A stretch of DNA of 63,703 nt, counting the filler, from Octopus bimaculoides (lineage: Eukaryota), in assembly GCF_001194135.2 (NCBI RefSeq). It is 6 parts of 6 records of this genome, joined end to end, with 100 filler letters (N's around TTAATTAATTAA, not from the genome) between each part and the next. Parts side by side here need not be neighbours in the genome. Positions count along the whole stretch, not along the records: positions 1 to 24,285 come from NC_068981.1; 5 more parts are not named here. One strand, 5' to 3'. The notes below the pieces were generated by a model that saw only the letters and a program-made list of their open reading frames with translations, was not told the DNA's origin and searched no databases. A program made the position numbers and the translations under genes. Below are positions 1 to 11,179 of this stretch, piece by piece. Each line of letters starts with the position of its first letter. Position 1 is the stretch's first letter.

Positions 1-459
1 CAATTGGAAGTATCGCAGGCTGTAATTCTTGTCTGTTTATTATCGTGGTGAAGCTAAGTCACCTAACAGAATCGAAGAGAGAGATTTGCCGCAGTGGTTT
101 AGTTTGGTGTACATAGTAAGTCGTGTTGACTATGGTTGGAGATGTCGGTGGCGTTGGTGGTCATCGTTGCTTGGTAGTTCAGTCTCCATGGCCGCATTTG
201 TTCTTTAGTCGGGGTCACCAGTTATAGGTTGGTAATCCAGAATCCATGGCCGCGTTTGTTTCTTAGTCGGGGTCACCACTTTATAGGAAAGTTGGTATAT
301 AATGTGAGCTGTCTAGCGTGAGTTCGAAAGATGGAGAGACAGCTAGACACGTCCTTGCTCAATCGCTGGCCAGCAAGAAAGAGATCGGTCAAAGCGGGAA
401 AGCTTGGTTGTTGAATTCCACGCATGCGTGAGACTACGCATGCGCACGGCGTTACTACA
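1..459 (-). mobile_element. LTR retroelement 5' end: internally deleted LTR (459-282), tRNA-Trp-type primer-binding site, start of internal region (runs off the window)
   Basis: Minus strand starts TGTAGTAACGCCGTGCGCATGCG, as do the LTRs at 5063 and 6920. It ends ACTTTCCTATA like the 6920-7281 LTR and is followed by AAG-TGGTGACCCCGAC (266-278), complementary to the 3' end of eukaryotic tRNA-Trp. Confidence 0.85.
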
Positions 460-1093
460 GGCTGTATCTAAACACGGTAAAGTATTTTGCCCGACGCTCT
501 TACGATTCTACCAACACATCGCCCTCAATGTAGAAGTGAATCAACAGAATAAAAAAAAAAAAACAATAATATCACATAGCTCGGCGAGTAATAAGCAAAA
601 CATGTTCTTCAAGACAATGAATCATTTAGTTATGAGGAACAGAGCAAATTTGACGTTCCAAGTAGAACAACTTCGTCAGAGAGAGAGAAGGAGGGAGATT
701 AAATATTTACTGTTTCCAGCAAATAATTCTCAAACGTTATTAGATGTCTTTTCTTCCTCAGGACAAAATTACTTATTCGACATTTTTTTTATTGAAGAGC
801 CATTAAACTGGTCCGTAGTATAAGCTTTGCAGACCAATTAAGTATGAAAAGATAATCCATCTTCTGTGGAATTTGAACTGGGAATGTAAAAGGAAGTAGT
901 TAAATACTGCTGGTCTACCGATTCTGCCAATATCGACCCACGCACTCACACACACATACACTCACTCACTCATACGGACACGTGATATCTTAATGCTAAC
1001 TATGCAAAGGTGATGTAATGGCAGTGATGTTTGCGAACCAGACTAAATGACTAAACGTCTGTATTATTTAATACGCAATATCTAATTGCGTCT

Positions 1094-1900
1094 AAGGCGG
1101 CGAGCTGGAAGAATCGTTAAGACGCCAGACGAAATGCTTAACGGCATTTCGTCCGTCTTTACAGTCTGACTTCAAATTCCACCGGAATCGACTTTGCTTT
1201 TCATTCTTTCGGGGTCAGTAAAAGAAGTACCAGTTGAACAGCGGGGTCGATGTAATCGACTTACCTCCTTCCCCCGAACTTACTGGCTTTGTACCGAAAT
1301 CAATATTTAATTATTTTCTAAGGCGGTGAGCTGGCAGAATCGTTAGCACGCCGGGCGAAATGCTTAGGAGTATTTCGTCTGTCTTTAAGTTCTGAGTTCA
1401 AATTCCGCCGAGGTTGACTTTGCCTTTCATCCTTTCGGGGTCGATAAATTAAGTACCAGTTACGCACTGAGGTCGATGTAATCGACTTAATCCCTTTGTC
1501 TGTCCTTGTCTGTTCCCTCTATGTTTAGCCCCTTGTGGGCAATAAAGAAATAAGAAACGTTAGCNNNNNNNNNNNNNNNNNNNNNNNNNNNNNNNNNNNN
1601 NNNNNNNNNNNNNNNNNNNNNNNNNNNNNNNNNNNNNNNNNNNNNNNNNNNNNNNNNNNNNNNNNNNNNNNNNNNNNNNNNNNNNNACTTTCTAAGGCGG
1701 CGGGCTGGCTGAATTCCGTTACCATGCCGGACGAAACGCCTAACGGTATTTTGTCCGACGTTCCGGGTTCAAATTCGACTTTGCCTTTCACCCTTTCGGG
1801 GTCAGTAAAATAAGTGCCAGTTAAGCACTGGGATCGATTTAAGCAACTAAGCCCCTACCCACAAAACGGCTGGCTTTGTACCAAAATTTGAAATCAATAT
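1094..1900 (+). mobile_element. Cluster of three family-A tRNA-derived SINEs; youngest copy 1320-1554
   Basis: Head AAGGCGGCGAGCTGGCAGAATCGTTAG, B-box GAGTTCAAATTCC, central GCCTTTCATCCTTTCGGGGTCGATAAA (resembles the Nin/Deu domain). Many further copies across the window. Confidence 0.85.
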
Positions 1901-3228
1901 TTAATTACGTCTTACGTTCAAATAGAACCGGGGTTGACTGCCTTTAATTCCTACTGGGGGCGGGGGTCAATAAACGATAAGTAATGCACTGAGGTCGTTT
2001 CAATCACTTTTGTCCTCCCACTCTTCCTCCTGTTCTTCCTATAAATCGTATGTCATTGTACCAAAGTCAGAAACCTTTATTAAATGTATAACAGTTAATA
2101 TAATGTATCAGCGGTTTTACGGTGGTGTAATATACAGAGAAATGTGAAATGGTAAGAAAATAGTCAGGTGGAATTGGAAGCTAAAGAGTACTGTTTCATT
2201 CAAAGAATGGGTGGAATGCACTCGAGGCTCGACTCTTAAAGAAAAAAAAATATTTCTCTTGTTAATTCTTTATTTTTGTAACCCACCAGCCACGAAATCT
2301 CTTACCTCTGTATTGCTTCTCTGACAATTTTGATTAGAGGTGCAGATTTTTTTGTCTATCTATCTAGAAACTTCTGTTTTTTTTATGTTACTACTGCAAC
2401 AAAAAATGCAGTAGTTTTTGTTGTTGTCGTCGTCATCGTCGTCGTCATCTTCGTCATTTTCACTGCTGGCATAGTCTAGATAATAGTGATGAAGTGAAGA
2501 TGAGAAGCGACGGGATGAAAGAGATAAAAATGAATTATATAAGCAAAAGTTGTAAAATATTATGGCTCAACTATTTCATATTTTCATTTTTTTTTTATTA
2601 TTATTATTATTATTTGCACTCCGTTGCTAGAATTTAGCTGTGTCGGTCTGCATTCGAAGACATTTTCTCTTCATATATGTTCTTTGGGAAAAGCATGAAT
2701 ACCACTCGCTCTCTTTGATCCCCTCCCCACTGAGAATTGATGATCTGGTGACCTTAATGCTTAGATAATACGTAAAATCATTTCAATATGTGACTGCGAT
2801 ATTCTAAATTCGCTCCAATCGTTTTAACACACACACACACACACACACACATTCACTGAATACACTAAAAATAGACTTTTAAGTTGCTACAGCACAAATA
2901 TGTGTAACAACAATAGAGGTGAGGGAAAATACCTCGGCGGAGCTTTATACATATTAAAGAGGTGTGCTGGCTTCTCTTACTCTCTCTCTAAACAGAAATG
3001 TGAGACTTAATTTATTCGTTATGATCAAGAGTGACCAACCGGTCCAGTGGTTCTTGATATTTTTATGCAACCCCTACACAAAGGCATGCGCACGCACACA
3101 CGCCCACACACACAAACGCGCGCGCACTTTATGAAACATGTCACTGTAATGTTTTCTTGTACATTGTCCTTGTGGCAAATTCCAAAAATAAATGGCAGTA
3201 ATTGTTATTGTTATGAGAAGGACGGCGT

Positions 3229-3560
3229 AAGACGGCGAGCTGGCAGAATCGTTGGCGCATCGGACAAAAATGATTTGCAGTATTTCTTCCGATTCCTTCA
3301 ATAAATGGTTGGCGTCGATGTAATCGACTTGTTTCCTACCTTCAAAACTGCTGGCCTTGTAGCAAAATTGGAATGAGTTATTCGAAAGACGGTAAGGCGG
3401 CAAGTTCTGAGTTCAAATTACGCCGAGGTCGACTTTGCTTTTCATCCTTTAGGGATCGATAAATGAAGCACAAGTCAAGTACAGGGGCCGATGGTATCGA
3501 CAGACCCCTTTCCTTGACATTGCTGGTCTCGTGCAAAATGTTAGAAAGAATTATTAAAAG
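3229..3560 (+). mobile_element. Two decayed or partial family-A SINE copies
   Basis: GACGGCGAGCTGGCAGAATCGTTGG head; GAGTTCAAATTACGCCGAGGTCGACTTTGCTTTTCATCC body. Confidence 0.75.
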
Positions 3561-3644
3561 GATGCTAGAATGCTGTCGGACAAAACGCCTGTGGTATTTC
3601 GTGTGTCTGAACAGCCGTCACTAGAATTGCTTTGCTCATCTGCA

Positions 3645-5062
3645 TGTCAAGGGGAAGGAGCTAGAAAGGGTGCCCTAAATATAGCCTGATTCATCACATC
3701 CTGCCTTGCATACTCCGCTGCAGGCGGGGATCCCAACAATGCGGTCGAAACAGCAAAACGAAAACACCGGTGACATCGGTCACCATTGGCACATGGAGTG
3801 TGCGGACACTCGTGGACAGCTTCAAAACAAGAAATGAAGGAATCCTGGCTCAGCAACAAGGTGGATGAAATACAGATGTATGATGACAGCAACAACTTCA
3901 AGCACTTCTAAGATGCCCTGAAAGTCATCTACGGGTTTCAGTCGTCTGGAACATCACCACTGCTCAGTGACAAAAATGCAACCCTTAAAAGATAGGCAGA
4001 ACACTTCAACAAAGTCCTGAACAGGCTTTTCTCTATCAACGCTGAGGTTATTGCTCGCATGCTCCAGTTGACATCAACATTTCTCTGGCAGAACACCCAA
4101 CAGAAGCAGATGTTCAGAAAGCGGTTAAACTTCTCTCAAATGGCAAGGCGCCAGGCTCTGACGCCATCTCAGCTGAAATATACAAGGTAGTAGGGGACAG
4201 TCTTGGCACAAAAGCTCACCAACCTCTTTCAGACCATAAGGCAACAGGAAATTGTTCTTCAGGAGTTCAAGGATGCTTCTATTGTCCGTCTCTACAAGAG
4301 AAATGGGAACAGACAGTCCTGTGACAACCACTGAGGAATTTCTCTCCTTACATTGCTGGTATGATGCTCGCAAGAGTCCTCCTTAACCGCCTCCCTCAGC
4401 ACATAGAAAATATGCATCTACCAGAGAGTCAGTGACTTCAGAGAGGACCCTGGGACAGTCAACATGAACTTTGCAGCACGCTAACTCCAGAAGTTTCGGG
4501 AATAAAACAGGTACCTGTACACGACGTTTGAAAACTTAACCAAGGCCTTTGACACCGTCAGTCGTGAGGGGTTTTTGATGATCTTAGAAAAGTTCGGCTG
4601 CCCAGACAAATTCATTAGCCCAGTGCGTCACCTTCACGACGGCATGCTCGCTCAGGTGCTGGACAATGGAAATTCTTCCGTTGCATTTCCAGTCACCAAC
4701 AGAGTCAAGCAAGGCTGAGTACTTACACCTATGCTGCTCAACATGATGTTATCAGCCATGCTGGCGGACGCTTTCCGAAGCATCGACGAAACCAGCGTCA
4801 AGATCAGACTCGGGACTGATGGCAAACTCTTCAACCTGCTGAGACTACAGGCTAAGACCATGGTAAAAGCGCTCCAAAGACACATTTAAAGCCCTTCTGA
4901 AGTGCTTTTAGATCAACCGCAACACCTGGGGAATGCAGGCACCGGACCACCTTGCCCGGTGTAGCTGCACCAACAGAGGTACCACCTCCTCCGAACAGAA
5001 CAAGATCGCGGGAGCACAAAGAGAACGTGAGCTGCACAAGTCCAGAGCCAACTCTTTGCCTT
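3645..5062 (+). mobile_element. Decayed BovB-like RTE-clade LINE with internal deletions (EN start, RT, C-terminal region), 5' part
   Basis: Frame-broken motifs IGTWSVRTL (EN N-terminus), KAPGSDAISAEIYK, FKDASIVRLYKRNGNRQSCDNH, LTKAFDTVSREG, FGCPDKF, HDGMLAQV, VTNRVKQG, DGKLFNLLRLQAKT. Many stops and frameshifts. Confidence 0.92.
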
Positions 5063-7281
5063 TGTAGTAACGCCGTGCGCATGCGTAGTCTCACGCATGC
5101 GTGGAATTCAACATACCAAGTTTTCCCGCTTCATTCTGTCTCTTTCTTGCTGGCCAGCGATTGAGCAAGGACGTGTTTAGCTGTCTCTCTCCATCTTTCG
5201 AACTTACGCTCGACAGCTCGCTTACATCTACATACCAACGTCCCAACAACCATGCTCACACACACAGAAGCTGTAACAACAAACAAGAGCTAAAGATGTA
5301 TATATTTACCACCTGAATAAATGTTGTTTAAGTTGATAGTCTGGAGTTCAGCGTTCCGTTAATTTCTAATTTTATATAGGANNNNNNNNNNNNNNNNNNN
5401 NNNNNNNNNNNNNNNNNNNNNNNNNNNNNNNNNNNNNNNNNNNNNNNNNNNNNNNNNNNNNNNNNNNNNNNNNNNNNNNNNNNNNNNNNNNNNNNNNNNN
5501 NNNNNNNNNNNNNNNNNNNNNNNNNNNNNNNNNNNNNNNNNNNNNNNNNNNNNNNNNNNNNNNNNNNNNNNNNNNNNNNNNNNNNNNNNNNNNNNNNNNN
5601 NNNNNNNNNNNNNNNNNNNNNNNNNNNNNNNNNNNNNNNNNNNNNNNNNNNNNNNNNNNNNNNNNNNNNNNNNNNNNNNNNNNNNNNNNNNNNNNNNNNN
5701 NNNNNNNNNNNNNNNNNNNNNNNNNNNNNNNNNNNNNNNNNNNNNNNNNNNNNNNNNNNNNNNNNNNNNNNNNNNNNNNNNNNNNNNNNNNNNNNNNNNN
5801 NNNNNNNNNNNNNNNNNNNNNNNNNNNNNNNNNNNNNNNNNNNNNNNNNNNNNNNNNNNNNNNNNNNNNNNNNNNNNNNNNNNNNNNNNNNNNNNNNNNN
5901 NNNNNNNNNNNNNNNNNNNNNNNNNNNNNNNNNNNNNNNNNNNNNNNNNNNNNNNNNNNNNNNNNNNNNNNNNNNNNNNNNNNNNNNNNNNNNNNNNNNN
6001 NNNNNNNNNNNNNNNNNNNNNNNNNNNNNNNNNNNNATATATTATTTTGTGTTCGACCGTGTGACACGTTTAAATAAAAGGAGTACTCTGTTTTTCCATT
6101 CGTCACCATTTCTCCTTTTTGAGTTCGCACGGTCGTTCTTTCATCTTGGGTTAAGAAAATTTTCTTCGAGGTTTTCGGTAATGGTCGTACAGAAATTTGT
6201 CTGTCGACCGTCTGTAAAAGCGCACCTCTTCAAACACCATCACCGAGCGACCTTTTCGCCACCAGCTTCGTTCAACCAAGATTACCACCGTGACGACAAC
6301 AACTACTACTACCAACTACAAGCATTCCCCCGACGTCGCCAAGTTTCAACAGGACATCATTATCANNNNNNNNNNNNNNNNNNNNNNNNNNNNNNNNNNN
6401 NNNNNNNNNNNNNNNNNNNNNNNNNNNNNNNNNNNNNNNNNNNNNNNNNNNNNNNNNNNNNNNNNNNNNNNNNNNNNNNNNNNNNNNNNNNNNNNNNNNN
6501 NNNNNNNNNNNNNNNNNNNNNNNNNNNNNNNNNNNNNNNNNNNNNNNNNNNNNNNNNNNNNNNNNNNNNNNNNNNNNNNNNNNNNNNNNNNNNNNNNNNN
6601 NNNNNNNNNNNNNNNNNNNNNNNNNNNNNNNNNNNNNNNNNNNNNNNNNNNNNNNNNNNNNNNNNNNNNNNNNNNNNNNNNNNNNNNNNNNNNNNNNNNN
6701 NNNNNNNNNNNNNNNNNNNNNNNNNNNNNNNNNNNNNNNNNNNNNNNNNNNNNNNNNNNNNNNNNNNNNNNNNNNNNNNNNNNNNNNNNNNNNNNNNNNN
6801 NNNNNNNNNNNNNNNNNNNNNNNNNNNNNNNNNNNNNNNNNNNNNNNNNNNNNNNNNNNNNNNNNNNNNNNNNNNNNNNNNNCATATTATCGTGCGTTTC
6901 CGCACTGGCAAGGGGGCCCTGTAGTAACGCCGTGCGCATGCGTAGTCTCACGCATGCGTGGAATTCAACATACCAAGTTTTCCCGCTTCATTCTGTCTCT
7001 TTCTTGCTGGCCAGCGATTGAGCAAGGACGTGTTTAGCTGTCTCTCTCCGTCTTTCGAACTTACGCTCGACAGCTCGCTTACATCTACATACCAACGTCC
7101 CAACAACCATGCTCACACACACAGAAGCTGTAACAACAAACAAGAGCTAAAGATGTATATATTTACCACCTGAATAAATGTTGTTTAAGTTGATAGTCTG
7201 GAGTTCAGCGTTCCGTTAATTTCTAATTTTATATGGGAAAGTCAGGTATACATCTAATGATGTATTACCCACTTTCCTATA
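5063..7281 (+). mobile_element. Young LTR retroelement, probably non-autonomous; LTRs 5063->=5381 and 6920-7281; 4-bp TSD CCTT
   Basis: The LTRs differ at 2 of 319 comparable positions. Polypurine tract GGCAAGGGGG at 6907-6916 precedes the 3' LTR. CCTT lies at 5059-5062 and 7282-7285. Removing the insert restores the RTE frame ANSLP-SFPAGHQC. Confidence 0.9.
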
Positions 7282-7415
7282 CCTTCATTCCCAGCAGGTC
7301 ACCAGTGCCTGACCTGTAGCAGAAGCTTCCGAGCACGCTTCAGCCTGGTCAGCTACAGCCAGACGCAGCATGATCCATCTTCTTCTCCCTGGTCATCGTT
7401 GACAACGGACGAATA
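7282..7415 (+). mobile_element. 3' end of the same BovB-like RTE LINE (C-terminal zinc-finger remnant and tail)
   Basis: Translates AGHQCLTCSRSFRARFSLVSYSQTQ, resembling CxxC...H...H of RTE C-termini, and is in frame with 5050-5062 across the TSD. Confidence 0.85.
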
Positions 7416-7649
7416 TTATAACGACCCCCCGAGCAAAGTAAAACACTATGAACTCTATAGGCATAACTACAGCATACATAAATTAGCATTGAGTCCCCTG
7501 GGTCCTTGAGGTTGTCGGACAACTGACCAGTGGGTCTATGCCTTAAGACAGTGCTGAGTAGAGCGCCGAACTAAATACCATACAATATTCCGTTTCTTTG
7601 TAGTTGTTGTTGTTTTTGTGTTTTGTTTTATTTTTTTGAGGCGGGAGGG

Positions 7650-8070
7650 TGGTTCTGAATTCAAACCGCGCCGGGACACATTTTACCTCTTCATATTTCA
7701 GTACCAGTTCTGAGTTCAAACTCCGCCGTGGTCGACTTTGCCTTTCATCCTTTCGGGGTCGATAAATTAAATATCAGGTGCGTACTGGGGTCGATCTAAT
7801 CGACTGGCCCCCTCCCCAAAAATTTCGGGTCTTGTGCCTAGAGTAGAAAAGAATATTTCTGTACCAGTCTCAAATTCTGCCAAGGTCGACTTTGCCTTTC
7901 ATCCTTTCGAGGCCAACAAATTAAGTACCGTTTGGACACTGAGGTCTTTGTAATCGACTTTACCCTCTCCCTAGAAAATGCTAGCCTTGAACTAAAATTT
8001 GAAACCGATATTTTGATACCAGTCACGTACTGAGGTTAAAATATAATCGATTATCCTCTCTCATAAAATG
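7650..8070 (+). mobile_element. Tandem 5'-truncated family-A SINE bodies (older tail type)
   Basis: Repeated TTCTGAGTTCAAA..GTCGACTTTGCCTTTCATCC blocks with a CCCCTCCCCAAAATTTCGGG..TTGTGCCT tail. Confidence 0.8.
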
Positions 8071-8149
8071 TTCCCTTTTCGTGGCAAGTTTAGAAGTTGT
8101 TATTGTTATTGGTAGCCACGGCCGCTTCCGTCGTTCAATGCCGACGGCG

Positions 8150-8340
8150 ATGTCGTTGTTTAGCCCAGGGTCAGCCTCGACCAGGAAAAAGACTTGATAT
8201 CAAAGATGTCCCAGCAGTGAACATTTCATCTTGCTTATCCTAGACTTTGTCCTTCCTGTCTTAAAGACGGTGTGATTTGAAGGGAATTTTGCTGCTATTT
8301 CTAGCATGTGAAGTAATCACGTTTAGACTCTTACGGTGAC
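8150..8340 (-). mobile_element. Family-D dispersed SINE-like repeat (other copies ~10780-11000 -, 17000-17185 +, 44170-44290 +, 44540-44780 +)
   Basis: Shared GCTAGAAATAGCAGC...CAAAT core and GACCTGGGGCTAAACAAC tail in several copies. Confidence 0.65.
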
Positions 8341-9084
8341 CCATTATTATCGTCGTTGTTTATGCTAAGAGATGCGAATTGGCGATTTGGCAGACTCTTT
8401 AAACGATCGGTGTAGAATACTTTTCGGCATTTGGTTCTGTGTTCAAATCCCGCCAAGACTAGCTTTTTCTTTTAGGTAGTACCAGTCAAATACTGGGGTC
8501 TTATTTTGTTTTAGTGAGGGGGACTTCTTTGTTGTGGCTGTTGTTGTTTTCTATTTCACTCATCCAGTTTTAGCAACGCTGTGCTGTGAGGGATTCATGG
8601 AAGACCACTGACAGTATCTGCGATATCAAGAAGAGATCTTACTGGCATAATCAAAAAGTTCAGAAGTGCTAACCACATTCCGGACGAAATGACGCTAAGC
8701 ATTTCGTCCGGCGTGCTAACGATTCTGCCAGCTCGCCACTTTAAGCCTCAAAATAGTATTAGTCAATGTTTTTTTTCTCACTGCATAATAAATTCTAATT
8801 AATATATTCAAGGTTCACTGTATTCAGTATGTCAACAACGAGCGTGCCAAATTTTTAATTCTATGAATAAATAAATAAATAGATAGCGTATAAGGGTGTA
8901 CATACGTAATCGACTAAGCCATCGTTCAAGCTGTTTGACCTTGTTAGAATCCATTGATAAAAGGAACAGTGGGACGGGAGAAGTGGAACACTGACGAACT
9001 GATTAACAGTAAATAAATACTTGCTTTGCGTCCTGAGAGCTTTATAATTCATTTTTCTGAGGTTGATAAAATAAGTAGTTGCTT

Positions 9085-9670
9085 AGAAGAATCCAGGTAA
9101 AAAAAAGCCACAGGTAAAAAAAAAAAAAAACNNNNNNNNNNNNNNNNNNNNNNNNNNNNNNNNNNNNNNNNNNNNNNNNNNNNNNNNNNNCAGGTAAAAA
9201 AAAAAGCCACAGGTAAAAAAAAGTCGCAGGAAAAAAGTCACAAGGGTTTTGTCCGGAGTGGGGGTTGTCCGAGCTGGTTTTGTCCTTGCGGGGTTTTGTC
9301 TGGATCTCATAAATTAATTATGACTTTTTCCTGTGACTTTTTTCCAGTGACTTTATTACTAAATAAAAAAAATAAATGCACCCTTTTAAAGCTTAGCTAG
9401 GCTCATGGGCCCGGTTTCCCGGTTTCAATGGCGTATGTGTTCCCCAGCTGGACGGGACGCCAGTCCATCGCAGCGTTACTCATTTTTGCCAGCTAAGTGG
9501 ACTGGAGCAACGTGAAATGAAGTGTTTTGGTCAAGAACACAACGTATCGCCCGGTCCAAGAATCGAAACCACAATCTTACTGGCCACCATAAATTGTGAC
9601 TTTTTTTTACTAACCAAAACTTTGACTTTATTTCTGTGACTTTTTTTCCTGTGACTTTATTACCGGACAC
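9085..9670. mobile_element. Foldback-like non-autonomous DNA element with tandem subterminal repeats, interrupted by a family-B SINE (~9375-9580, -)
   Basis: Left end has tandem CAGG(T)AAAAAAAG(C/T)CA units and right end has their reverse complement CTGTGACTTTTTTTCCTG. Superfamily not assignable; no clear TSD. Confidence 0.55.
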
Positions 9671-9675
9671 CGTTT

Positions 9676-10075
9676 AAGGCGGCGAGCTGGCAGAAACGTT
9701 AGCACGCCGGGCGAAATGCTTAGCGGTATTTCGTCTGCCGTTACGTTCTGAGTTCAGATTCCGCCGAGGTCGACTTTGCCTTTCATCCTTTCGGAGTCGA
9801 TAAATTAAGTACCAGTTACGCACTGGGGTCGATATAATCAACTTAATCCCTTTGTCTGTCCTTGTTTGTCCCCTCTATGTTTAGCCCCTTGTGGGCAATA
9901 CAGAAATAGGTATTTCGTCTGCTGTGACGTTCTGGGTTCAATTTCCGCCGAGGTCGACTTTGCCTTTCATCTTTTCGGAGTCGATAAAATATATACCAAT
10001 TGAGTACTGGGGTCGATATAATCGACTATCCCCCACCCCAAAATTTCAGGTCTTGTGCCTATAGCAGAAAAGTTT
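9676..10075 (+). mobile_element. Young full-length family-A SINE (9676-9908) followed by a 5'-truncated older copy
   Basis: Closely matches 1320-1554, 22709-22942 and 24071-24285, including the AATCCCTTTGTCTGTCC...GCCCCTT tail. Confidence 0.88.
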
Positions 10076-10197
10076 GTTACCGGTCACCGTTTATAAGATA
10101 AGCCCTGTTTGCAGTAACGTAGCTAAAGTGTGTTCCAACCGGAGTAACCAATGAGTCTGTTGCTTCTTCCCTCCCCCAGGCCCCGAATCCTATACAG

Positions 10198-10521
10198 CAG
10201 TGGTTTTCAACCATTTTTTATCTATGGGCCCCATTGATTAGTACCTATTCTGGTGGACCCCCATTGCCATTCGACCTTTAAAAACTAGTTTTATAGATAT
10301 TTCTTTCAGAACTCGTGTTTTGTTTTTCACACATTAACTTGTGTTGAACAACGTAAAACGTTAGAGAATGAAACTAAGCTGTTTCTGGCAAAGAAGCATT
10401 GTTTCCATGGACACTTAAAATACTAATGCGAATCCCCAATTTACTATTTTGCTTGCGTGGATCCCCTAAAAATCTTATATGGACTCCCTGGGGTCATATG
10501 GTCCCCGGTTGAGGACCACTG
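10198..10521. mobile_element. hAT (Charlie-like) MITE, 324 bp
   Basis: TIRs CAGTGGTTTTCAACC / GGTTGAGGACCACTG; perfect 8-bp TSD CTATACAG at 10190-10197 and 10522-10529. Confidence 0.92.
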
Positions 10522-11171
10522 CTATACAGGCTTATACAGCAGACCAAAACAGTGCTGCTCTCATAAAAGTCTCACTCGGGGCGGACAGCTCTCCCTGGCC
10601 CCTCTAGCTACGCTACTGCCTGCTCGCGTAGATTTATGATAAAAAGGCGTTCCAATTACAACCATTCAGGCTTTCTCTCGGCACTGTCTGTCTAAGACTA
10701 CAATATTCAAGGTGTCCAACAATCTTTCGAAAACAGTAAGATGTAATGTCAGAAAGATTTGATGGATCTTTCTAAAGGTTTGAACGAGCACACAGAGGTT
10801 CTCTCGTTGGCTTGTATAAGTCCCAGTTCTTAGAATTGTTTTGTCCCAGGTCAGTGTGACTATCCCGTCTTCTTGTTTTTCAGATATAATTTGTTTGGAG
10901 TCACGTTATCCAATATGCTCATCTTCAAAACCGTAAAGAGTGATTTGAAGATTTAGCTGTTATGTCTAGCTGGTTGACTAATCACGTTGGTGTTAGCTTG
11001 TATAAGTACCACTGATGTTCTGTCACAGAATCGGTCGACTATACCCTTTTCCTACCGTAAATTGGCGTTTAGTCAAAATGATAAATCATTACTTTGAGAA
11101 GTTTCACGCACATTTATTTACTTACTGGTTAAAAACGTACCTATTTTAAAATATAGTGGAAGCTAGCTACG

Positions 11172-11179
11172 TGACGTCA
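11172..11179. promoter_or_regulatory. Full palindromic CRE (TGACGTCA) about 520 bp upstream of the SQSTM1 ATG
   Basis: Exact CREB/ATF consensus in non-repetitive sequence upstream of the first exon. Function untested. Confidence 0.45.

Noticed and set aside
404-823. 139-aa ORF
   Set aside because: It begins in the antisense strand of the LTR and has no recognisable motif or splice support.
1094-1400. tRNA-like A/B boxes (here and in other SINE heads) as tRNA genes
   Set aside because: They continue into SINE bodies and tails, and no complete cloverleaf is evident.
5063-5381. Duplicate of 6920-7238 as an assembly artefact
   Set aside because: The TSD, the PPT and the restored RTE frame show these are genuine paired LTRs.
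5063-7238. Both LTR differences are A-to-G, one in a TAG context within the hairpin, suggesting ADAR editing of the retroelement RNA
   Set aside because: Reverse transcription copies each LTR segment into both LTRs, so editing would not make them differ. n=2, and one site lies 3 bp from a contig end.
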